From: Balanoglossus misakiensis
Taxonomy: Eukaryota; Animalia; Hemichordata
Assembly (NCBI GenBank): GCA_040954595.2
Contig: CM082584.2
Span: forward strand, 6,266,110-6,330,109
Length of the DNA: 64,000 nt
Reading direction: 5' to 3'
Of this stretch, positions 49,468 to 59,663 are shown in pieces. The notes under the pieces were generated by a model, which ran no database searches, was not told the DNA's origin, and saw only the letters and a list, made by a program, of their open reading frames with translations. Numbering within the stretch: the first letter of the stretch is position 1; each line of letters starts with the position of its first letter. The translations under genes were made by a program, and so were the position numbers.

Positions 49468-50568
49468 ATGGCCAATGTAGAAGACAACAACGCTTCCTGC
49501 CTGGTGATAACAAAGGATAACATAGACGACTTCAAATATTCGCCAGTCGACATCGCGCTGATAACCGTCTTCATGCCCGTTGTCTTCGCGGTGGGTTTGA
49601 TCGGTAACTCCATGGTCGTCTATGTGTTCCTCCGCATGGAGCACATGCGCACGGTGACAAACCACTTCCTCGCCAGCTTAGCTATCGCGGACATCCTCTT
49701 CTTGATTTCTGCGAATCCCATATTTTGGGTGCAGTATTCGCTCACCAGCGCAAGGAATGACTACGGCGTGTTTGGGGTTGGCGCTTGTAAGATCGCTGTT
49801 ACGACAATACCCGATGTGTGCTTTCTGGTGTCGACCACCACGGTCGTTCTGTTGACCGTCGAGCGCTACCTGGGCATATGCTGGCCTCTGAAGTTTAAAA
49901 CCGGCACCAAACCGAAGGCCGTTGCCACGATCGCACTGACGTGGGCGCTGACTGTCCTCTGTAAATCTCCCCAGATCCATTTTGCTGGTTTGTCGACATT
50001 ATGCCTGGACTTGTCCCGATTCACGAATACCAGTAGTAGACCATCTTTGCCGCCAACAATCGAGATGTGCAGCTTCTGTTCGCTGGAAAGTCACGGAGCC
50101 GAAACGTGCGCTATTTGGAGAAGGTTTCTCGCGTTGGACAACGTGTTGATTCTCTTCACCATTCCCCTTATAGCGGTTCTGTACTACTTCATCGTCTCTC
50201 AACTGCATCGTCAGTCCAAGTCCGTGGCCGTCAGCGCGGCCAGCAAACAGCAGGCCATACGCATGCTCATCGTCACCGTGGCGACGTACATTGTGTGTGT
50301 GACGCCATTTAGGGTGCTGAATTTGCTGGATATATGGAACTACCAGATACCGCCATATATGACGTGGGTGCTGGTCAACGTGGCCAGGGTCCTCCAGCAT
50401 CTCAATTCGGCGGTGAATCCCATCATATACAACGCCATGTCTGACAAGTACCGCCGTGCGTTCAAGCAGGCGTTCGGGTGTTTCGCCTGTCACCTCCCGA
50501 GGAACGTGCGTCCCAAAACCGAACAGACATATAGTATCGCTCTTCCGAACAGAACCACTAGCCATTAG
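49468..50568 (+). CDS. Rhodopsin-like (class A) peptide GPCR, TRH/ETH/neuromedin-U receptor-like (366 aa, single coding exon)
   Basis: Seven hydrophobic segments; GN (TM1), MRTVTNHFLASLAIAD (TM2), TVERYLGICWPL (TM3), TPFRVL (TM6), LNSAVNPIIYNAMSDKYRRAF (TM7/H8). Confidence 0.9.
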   Translation: MANVEDNNASCLVITKDNIDDFKYSPVDIALITVFMPVVFAVGLIGNSMVVYVFLRMEHMRTVTNHFLASLAIADILFLISANPIFWVQYSLTSARNDYGVFGVGACKIAVTTIPDVCFLVSTTTVVLLTVERYLGICWPLKFKTGTKPKAVATIALTWALTVLCKSPQIHFAGLSTLCLDLSRFTNTSSRPSLPPTIEMCSFCSLESHGAETCAIWRRFLALDNVLILFTIPLIAVLYYFIVSQLHRQSKSVAVSAASKQQAIRMLIVTVATYIVCVTPFRVLNLLDIWNYQIPPYMTWVLVNVARVLQHLNSAVNPIIYNAMSDKYRRAFKQAFGCFACHLPRNVRPKTEQTYSIALPNRTTSH

Positions 50569-52186
50569 TTCGTGTATTTTTTTTCTTTTTCTTTTTATTA
50601 CGGACTTGGCTAGTCTAGAATTCACACTCGTCCAACGACACGACACGGCCTTTGCCACTGGAAAACAATTCGCGGACGTTTGAAAATCAACCATCAACTT
50701 TCTTTGGGACGGACTGCTTATACATGTAGTAATTTGCTAAGCCCGATTCAACTGGATAAACAGGACTTAAATGCATCACCGGCTTTTTGTCTGTGAATGC
50801 ATTAAAGCCCCATAAAGTTGTCACTTTTTTTAATTATTGTCTCGTATAATGTAGCCTGGTCTCCATACCCAGTGTGTTTTATAGTCAAGTAGATAGACTC
50901 ACACACAATGCTGCTACGTATAATGAACTGAGATACGATAGAAAGTGTGTTAAAATAAAACTTTTGAGCTATTTTAAATTCCCTGTATAATCACGATTCA
51001 TACCAATAAAGCTTGTGATGATCATGCACTATATGTACCAACAGTTTTCTCTAGCTTGATTCATTACAGTACGTTGTAACGCGGTCACTCCACACCGTGG
51101 TTGTGAGCTAGTGGCCACGTTATGGGCACCAGAGATTGATTTTAAGGTCGGTAAACTAGTCATTGTGGGCACGATATTTTTTTTTACCATAACAGTGCAT
51201 TAGTTGACTGTGAGTCACGAGATCGCACTGCCAATATTTCGGAAAACGTTGATGATGGAAGTGGCCAATTGTACGTTCCGCATAGGTCAGTTTTTACGTT
51301 CCGCATAAAGAGCAAGAGTTTGCCAAATGACGATGGTTTTCTCTCATTCGAATTCCATACAAGGTTTCCTGGGACAAAACTGCAGGCCTGACACGATGGC
51401 GCTTGTTTATGCGGGGGGGGGGGGGGTCCGCGACCATACCCATCCATCATTTTAGTAGAATTGTGTAAACTGCTGTTTTTATCCACCACATTTGCTGGTA
51501 GTTTGGGTTAAACTTAAAACACTCTCCTCGAGCAAAGATGATGTTGTGTTTTATGCTACGTGACTTAAACTAGAGGCCTGGGCTAGATTACAGTGGGCTG
51601 GAGGCAAGTCAACGCTGGGTTTTTATTGAAGTCGTTCACTCCGGGATCAAAAGGTCGTGTGTGTGCGTCGAATAGAATCGTAAAGATACCCCGCATACAG
51701 GTTTCCTTGTCGTTTGGTCTATAATTATGGATTCCTTCAGAGCGTTTTATATTGCTAAAAGTCACGGTATTGATACGGGTGGCAGCTAGCAGGAGGCAGT
51801 TTGCGATGAAATTGTTACAGGCCGTGTAAAAAAAAATAAGCCAATTTCGTGACCCCCCCCATATGACCTTTTCTTCTTGGCATTTTGTTGGTACGAGTTT
51901 ACCATTTTCATCAACCATACTATCGATTTCAATTGACCACGAAGAATATTTGGATATCGGTGAAGATGAAAATGCAAACCACGGAGAAATGCAGAATATT
52001 TACCCGTCAAAACAGGTGAGTTGTGTCATCGGTTAACCGCGGTTATGTACAATCAAATTTGTTATTTGATGTTATTGGATGTAGACTTGTTGTTGTGTGC
52101 TTGGTTTGGGTGTACAAAGGGTATTCTGCTTGTATATATATCGCTAACACAGGTGATGAGGCGTTTCCATTTTCCTGCTATGATGG

Positions 52187-52204
52187 AGCGCCATCTAGTG
52201 GCCA
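52187..52204 (-). promoter_or_regulatory. CTCF consensus binding site
   Basis: AGCGCCATCTAGTGGCCA, i.e. TGGCCACTAGATGGCGCT on the minus strand, is a near-perfect CTCF core. Confidence 0.65.
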
Positions 52205-52700
52205 ATTGTAAGTTGGCTGACTGGTGATGAAATTGCTCTTCGGTACCCCGTACTTTTGTTCAGGATTCAAAGTAAGTTGAGAATAGGATGGAATTCGAGT
52301 TACTTTATTGCGAAATACCAACACATTTTGTTTTCTTGTGCCCTAATTTGTGTTCATTTCTATTCCTCCTCATTTTATAGAGGGTGCATTTGAATCATTG
52401 GCCCCATGCCTCAGTTACATCATGGAGGTACCATGGAGGTTCATGGTGTTTATACATCGTGTAGCGCGTCATCGGTTTTCGCCCTTCTTAGTGCAACCCC
52501 AGGTACAGTCTCTCGTCTGTAAAACTACAGAAACACTTTCCTGCGACTTACATGTTGTACAAGTCATTGAAGCGTGTGTAATCTTGTGTGTAGCACAAAT
52601 CTCATGAATGTGATGTACATGTCATGTGTACCTGCAGTCATATGCATGCTGCAACAAGCGTTCGGTATTGCGCCCTCAAGCAACGTGTTTTTGTATTCTC

Positions 52701-52711
52701 CAAAATGGCGG
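52701..52711 (+). promoter_or_regulatory. YY1-type motif in the HMGXB4 promoter/5' UTR
   Basis: CAAAATGGCGG about 180 nt upstream of the HMGXB4 ATG. Confidence 0.4.
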
Positions 52712-52880
52712 TTTTGTTTTGATATTTGTGAGTGTGAGAAATCTCCCCTAATTACGGCGATTCCCGGGGATCTGCGGTACTGCTGTGGAGATCTTCGCCC
52801 GAAGAACGCCACCTGGCACCAGAGTACTCGGGTTCACCGCAGTTGCACGGACAATCTTCGGTGAAATAACTGATGTAATC

Positions 52881-55800
52881 ATGTCCAGCCGACAAAGCAA
52901 GAGAAAGCGCCCGTCAACTGAATATCAAGAAGACTCCGAATACTACGCTTCGAAGAGGTCTGCAAAACGGGCGAAGAAGGCCGCAGAGTCAGTTAGTAGT
53001 GAGTAGACGATGTAATCCATGATCTCTACAGACATATCTAACGTACCTTCCCTTCGCACGATTGCCAGAAACCAGAACTATCTAAATTTTATAAAACACC
53101 CGCCGGTAAATGTAGCAGCGCCCTCATTGACCTGGGTCAAACGGTTGTGTACATTTCTCTGTTTATATATTTCAGCGATAAAATAATCCCCCCCCCCCCC
53201 CGGGAATGCAACTTATTAGAATCCCTCTGGGTCAAGAGCTTATTAAAGGGTTATTACAAGAAACTAGAAATGATATATATGTATGAAAGCAACATGGATG
53301 CTGCAGAGCTCTGTGAAGTAAAGTGGTTTTGTTCGTCAGTTAAAGATTCATGCTGGCACCAACATGTGCCAAGAAATGTCCTACCCTTATTCATTGTGTC
53401 AGAGAAGTCTGGCTGGTGTAGATTGACTTTATAACCGTAACTCCAGCAGGTTAGTGCTGAGCTGACAGTATGTAATCTGTACTCAGCCCTCATAATCATT
53501 AACAGATTTCTCAGATGAAATATAATTAAACATTGCTGAGTGACCAACATTGATTCAATTCAAAATTCTTGTCGGCTCTATTGCCAGTCTACAGGGTGAA
53601 GGTCATTGTAAGTAATTCATGATGGTTAGGGCCCCTGTCTGAACTGATTCTCTTGAATTATGTAAGGTATGCATGACAGTAAAGTGCCAATTTTATTGAC
53701 AGGTATTGGTAGCGTATCGCTGGACTCCAGCGACGAAAACTCCGATTGGCTGCAGTACGATCAGAGCGCCAACAGACCGACCCGGGTGAGGAAGAAATCG
53801 GCCAAATTACTGGAAGCGGAGGAGGAGGTGGAATTATTCCCGGTTGAGCAGCATCCGGGACTGGTCAAGTCGTCGGGGAAAAGGGACAAGAATGGGAAGA
53901 GGGCGACGGGCAAGGACGAGGACCTGCTCTCCGGGTACAGTGCGGGACACGTTCCGGAGTTGAAGATCAGCATCGGGAAAGACCGGGAGGAGAAGGGGAG
54001 CAGCCGCAAGTCCAAGGATAAGAGGAAGAAATCGGGCGAGGGAATGCCGTCGGCCGCGCCCATGTACGCGCCCGCGGAAATCGTCCCGGAGTCGAAGCAC
54101 AAGAGCTGGTCCAAGAAGAGTAAGAGAAACATTCCGGCGCCGCTGGAGAGCTATCCGCCGAGCCCGGTCAAGGATAAGGACAGCGGGATCAAACTGAAAC
54201 TGATACTCTCTCCCAAGGAGAAGGAGAAATCGGAGGCGTTCTACTCCATCAGTTCCCCGGAGGCGGAGTTCGCCCCGGCGTCCACGCTAGAGAAGGAGAA
54301 GAAGAAGAAGCAGCGACGGAAAGACAAGGAGACCATCAAGACAAAGTTGACTTTCCACTCCGACGGCAGTCAGCAGAGTAGTCTGTCGGAGATCGAGTCG
54401 AGCTTGCCGGAGTCGAAGAAGAGCAAAAAGAAGAAGAGGAAACAGGGGGAGGCGGACGAGGGGATGGATTTCCCGCCGGATATCACCACGGAGACGGGGG
54501 AGAAACCGGCGAAGAAGAAGAAAAAGAAGGCGCACGTCGAGGTGGCGCAGGGAAAGAGCGAGATCCCGATGTTCAACGAGCCGCCGCCGCTCATCATCGA
54601 GGAGAAGTCTCACAAGGAGAAGAAGAAGAAGCAGAAGAAGGACAAGAGAGAGAAGGACAAAAAGGAAAAGAAGGAGAAACCCAAGGATAAGAACAAAGAC
54701 AAAATGAAAATCAAACTGAAAGTGCCCGGGGAGCGGCAGGAGGAGGTGGGAGGGTTCGACCGGGAGGTGTCGAAGGCACTGGCCGCGGAAATGAACCACG
54801 GCGGGAACAGTCTGGATGCCAGACTCTCGGAATCCATTCCGAAGGCGGCACCCGCTGCTGCAGCAGTGCCGGAGAAGCAGAAAAAGTCTTCCAAACCCAA
54901 GGAAAAGAAGGAGAAGAAAGAATCAAAGAGCAAAGGAACCAAGAAAGAAAAGGGGAAGAAAGACAAAAAAGAGAAGGTCAGATGACGTGATATTCAGTTT
55001 GGATTTTTTTTAAACTGAAAAATCATAGCAACCATAGATGAAATTAATGATATAATAATAATGCTTTATAATTTCTCTGTGGTTTTATGTTAAGGTGATT
55101 GATAGCAAATGGTACAATATTCTTTTTTTTATAGAGTAAAAAACCACTGTCGGCGTACATGCTTTGGTGTAACCACTACCGGTCTAAATTGGTAGCTGAC
55201 CATCCAGGCATAGGTAAGTCAGGAACTTCATGTGCCACAGCTGCCCTACGACTGATAGACACGTCTTTGCACTACACTCAGCAAAACTTAATCATGCTTG
55301 TGTGATCCTTGCATATTGTAACTGGTTTGATCGAAAGAGATTTGAAAAGTTTTGTTGAGCCACTGATACATGTACTGACAAAATTAGTCTCAAAGGCTGA
55401 AAAATCCAATAATTCAGATAAACATAGCATAATAATAATGAATAATAATAGTGCTCAGATTTGGAAGATCAGATTGATGCAATGCCCTTTTTCTTCATAT
55501 GCAAAGATATAAGCAAAAATAGTAACATTTGGTGGAATGAAAATATCGGTGATGACAGCTTTCCAGGCGTGTCCAAGATCTCCATAAGCTATAAAAAATA
55601 TAATGCTAAATGCATTAGATTATGGTCATGACATCACTTCAGTTTCTACTCTGAGATAAACAAGCGTCAATTTCTTGTAGATTTCTCCACGATAAGCAAG
55701 AAGCTGGGAGCGATCTGGCAGCAGCTGTCGGTGAAGGAGAAAGCTAAATGGAAGCGGAGACAGAAAGTCCAGAAGACCAAACACAAGAACGTGCCCAACC

Positions 55801-56729
55801 TGTCCAGAAACAAGCACGAACTCAAGGACAAAGGCCCCAAGCAGAAACCAGGGAGCCCCGTGCGGAAGGCCAGCAGTCCAATCAGGTCGCACGAGACGAA
55901 CACCCAACCCATCGATATGGCTGCCTATCTCAAGTTGCTAGGAGAGTCCCTCAGCTTGGTGGGAAATAGACTTCAAGAACACCAGGTACTGTAGTTAGTT
56001 GCCTGTGAATGGTCTTTGTGGTTGTTTTTCTATTATGCAGACGGTGTGATTTGTTGGTCCCATTTCACTAATGTAGCATGTTTTTGTGTTGCAGGGTAGC
56101 ATTGAGGTTCATGGTAGCTTGTCGGTGTTACTGGACTCCACGCTGTGCGCGCTGGGGCCATTGTTGTGTCTGACGTCACAGGTGAAGGAGCTGGACGGTT
56201 GTCCGCACAGCACCCAGGTGAGAGAGTTGTGCATCGTGGATGGGCCCTGTACGGCAAATGCATTGCACACGACCCATTTCACGGCTCGCAGGGTGGTTGA
56301 ACCATGTTCTGTTCAAATGGTTTGAAATGAACTGAGCTTTAAAGGGACACGAGAGTGAAAAAAATCGCCAAATGAATACTCAGTCTCTACCATTTATTCA
56401 TTTGGGGCGAGTTTTTACTCTCATATCATACAAGCATACAAGCGGGATGGAAGTTGTGTGTGGTTGAATGTTCATTCACTACATATACACATGTACATTG
56501 ACATAAATGGTGTATTTTATCAAACATAATTAATGGAAAAGAGGCAGCAAGAGAGACACTTTGTCCCTTTAAGAAGCCTTTGGCCAAATACCTTGAGATA
56601 GACACAGCGTTTTATTCTTGCGATCCTGCAAATCCTTTCATTCCTTTTTCTATTTTTTTTTTTTTTTTTTGTCGTCGTTTCTAGGTTTCTCTTCTGGATA
56701 ATGTTGCCTACATCATGCCGGGTCTGTGA
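52881..56729 (+). CDS. HMGXB4: HMG box domain-containing protein 4
   Basis: Exons 52881-52998, 53703-54976 (Lys-rich), 55135-55213, 55681-55985, 56095-56217, 56685-56729. HMG box [42 protein letters not shown]-terminal [56 protein letters not shown] matches the HMGXB4 C-terminus. Confidence 0.93.
56343..56568. mobile_element. MITE flanked by TTAA (Kolobok-like termini) in the last HMGXB4 intron
   Basis: TTAA|AGGGACA ... TGTCCCT|TTAA: inverted termini with TTAA on both sides. Confidence 0.55.
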
Positions 56730-57049
56730 TGAAGATCATCACAAACATTTCTTTGCCGGCCCGGAACACATCAGCTTCCGTGAAGTTTGTCCAGGCCAAA
56801 TGTCATCTCCAGTTTGTTACTGCTGATGATCGAAAAAGAACTGTGTGTGGGATTGTAAATATTTATTGTAGTCTAGATATCTAGACAAGAGTTTAAAGAA
56901 CAAATCTTTTTTTTTTCTTATCCTTTTAAATTTTCCTCTGTCATTTCTCATGTTGTTCTCAGTGTCTGTCTTTCTTACCACCACCATTCCTGGAAAAGTT
57001 AAACAAAACCAAGTACATGTATACTTTTTTTTGCTAAAGGGTAGTTTCA

Positions 57050-57134
57050 CCCTTTCACCACCATGGTTTGGTCCAAATCCACTGTTTTCTGTGGTTAAGT
57101 TGGACCTCTATGGAGGGAACTGGGGGTGAAAGGG
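57050..57134. mobile_element. Tiny piggyBac-like MITE, copy 1
   Basis: CCCTTTCACCACCA...TGGGGGTGAAAGGG|TTAA; similar along its length to 59557-59641. Confidence 0.6.
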
Positions 57135-59556
57135 TTAAAATGTGATAGCATTGTTACTATTGTCGTTATTTATAAAGAATTGCATTATTGTTAATACTGT
57201 TGCTACACTCACTGCCTGAAACAAAACTGTGGTCAAGGTGATGTTTTTAGCACTTTTTCCTTTCTGGTCAGTTACGGTACTTTTTATCATTCATTAAAAA
57301 TGGTACTATTTTGACTTGACAATGAATTGTACAAGGTGGAATGTTCAACAAACACCCCTAAAACATGTATATACTGACAATGCCTTATGGACTTGTGTAA
57401 TGATTGTGACGTTTGGGCCTGTTGGTATGTTTTCATTGGTCAAAGGAGTACCGGTACAATAGAGAAGTGAGTGATGTATAAAACAAAAATTATAAATGTA
57501 GATATTTGAATTGTACTGTACAAATTAATGTGTACACGTGTAATGTCAGTGTTTTCTTATTGGACTTCCTCGCTGCATCTTTCGGTGTATCTTTGCCTCG
57601 CCCTGTTTTCTGTGTTTTTGTCAAAGCCATTATAAAAAACTGGTAAAATGGGGTTCTTCAGTCAGTTAACTTTAACCTGCTCACCCCTGTTTTCCCTGTG
57701 TGTAGAAGCCCAACTTTGCCGTAGGAAGCAGTGGAAGGTTGAAAGGACTTGGGTTACAGGGGTGTCCATGTGGGTTTTCCCGATCGTCACAACCTTGACA
57801 AAAACACAATCTCCAGGTCTCTGACTGGACTCGTTTAATGGGCTGGCAATTCATCGTTATTTGCAGTGGTGGCATTTTTTAACTACAGGTTCTCTTCATA
57901 CATGTACTTCCTCCTTGTTCTTAACTAACGCATTGCCCCTACCTTGGAGGGGCAACAGACCCGGTTGACAAATTTTATAAGAATGACTAAACTTCTGTAA
58001 ACAGTTGATGACAATTCTGTAGTGTTCTACAGATTCTTGGTAATCGTATTGCGGTTATTTAAATGAGTGTGCCGTCAATCGGGAATTCTTGTACTACATT
58101 TTGACAATAAATGCATAATAGTACAATTTTAATACACGTCAGTGTGTAATGTGTTGGCTGTTGTGAAAATATATGAACTTGAGTGTCGAGGGTGTTGTCT
58201 GCACTAAACTTATGGATCACAAGCAATGCATTGTGGAACTGAAAAAAAAATTGGCTGGTGTGTGGCACTTTTCACATTATTTTAATTTTAAACTAAAGAT
58301 GGATGTACTTGGCCCAGTGGTACTGTAACCAAAATCAAAATTTTGTCAATTTTGGTATATGCATTATTTTTTGGGTGAACGTTGGTGGCGCTCTAACTTG
58401 ATCTGTGCTGGCCAGCAACTGTCACAAGTTTGTTATACATTTGTTATAGGTCTATAAAACTGCGTTTACCTTTGAATTCAATTTCCTACATGTGCAATGT
58501 GAGTTCATTCCTATTAGACAGATGTCTGTCATTTGGCTAATTTCACATGTTGGGCATAGCAGCAATATACAATCACTCTCATTCACTCATTCACAAAATG
58601 ACAACCAAGAATTTTTCCTATTGATGATTTATTTTACATTAAATTGGCAAATGGTAAGGTCGGGATTGAAAATCAGTCCTTGATCTCAAATCAGGACGAA
58701 TAAAGTTGTCATCATCTTCATCATCATGCATCATTATATTAAATGTAACCATCATTCTCGCAAAAATACATCTCACAAATATAACTTCTAAAAATCTGTT
58801 ATTAGTAGAATGACTTCAGGATTGCACTTGTTTAATCTTAATACACATCAAGGCAGTGTTTATATCATGTCAGTTGTACTCTACAAAAAAATATATCCCT
58901 TCCCTCTTTTAAATTATTACATCCTAACATTTGAAATCACAAATATAATCCAATTTTTAATAATTCATAAACTAGGAAAATAAGTCTGAACCCAACAGCT
59001 GGTTACGCATAAGTTTATAAATTTTGATATTTTTAAAATTGAGATGGTAATTTCTTTAGATCTTAATTCTTGAGATGTTAATATATTACTATTTTCCTCA
59101 TTAGAACTAATAAAGACTCCTAAAAATATTTCTGACAATGCAGATTTAAATTCCAAATATTTTTTAAAGCAACAGGCAAGAAGCCTTGAATCTGAATACT
59201 ACTACAAAAAGACGATTAAGGAGCATGTTTTGGATTCTACCTTTACATTGTAAAGAAACTGGAAGAAGACTTTGTTTTGAAATTGACTGATTTTCTCCTT
59301 TCTTCAAGACCTTAAATTTCCTATGCCAGATATGTGTAGAAGTTGGTTCCATGATGGTGGTTCAGGTGATCTGACTATAAATCAACCATTGTCACACTGA
59401 GTTGCCACACAATCCAGTGTTTGTTAAGCCTTATAATACGACTATCGCAGTTGGTAGGTGGGGTTCGGATGACACCACTGGTCATGATACATGTACTCCG
59501 AGTTGCATTTGATGGTGGTAATCCTTGCAGCAGAATGGTGCGGTGCAGTGTTTTAA

Positions 59557-59641
59557 CCCCTTTCGCCACCATGGTTCGGTCCAACTCCATTGCTTTCAAC
59601 AGCAATGCTGGACCTTTACACAGGGAAATGGGGTGAAAGGG
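59557..59641. mobile_element. Tiny piggyBac-like MITE, copy 2
   Basis: TTAA|CCCCTTTCGCCACCATGGTTCGGTCCAA...TGGGGTGAAAGGG; diverged copy of 57050-57134. Confidence 0.6.
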
Positions 59642-59663
59642 TTTACAATGGTATACTCGAGAA

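Noticed and set aside
8186-50568. A juvenile-hormone/ecdysis gene cluster (JHAMT-like plus ETHR-like)
   Set aside because: The genes are over 34 kb apart with unrelated genes between them, and neither function is established; likely coincidence.
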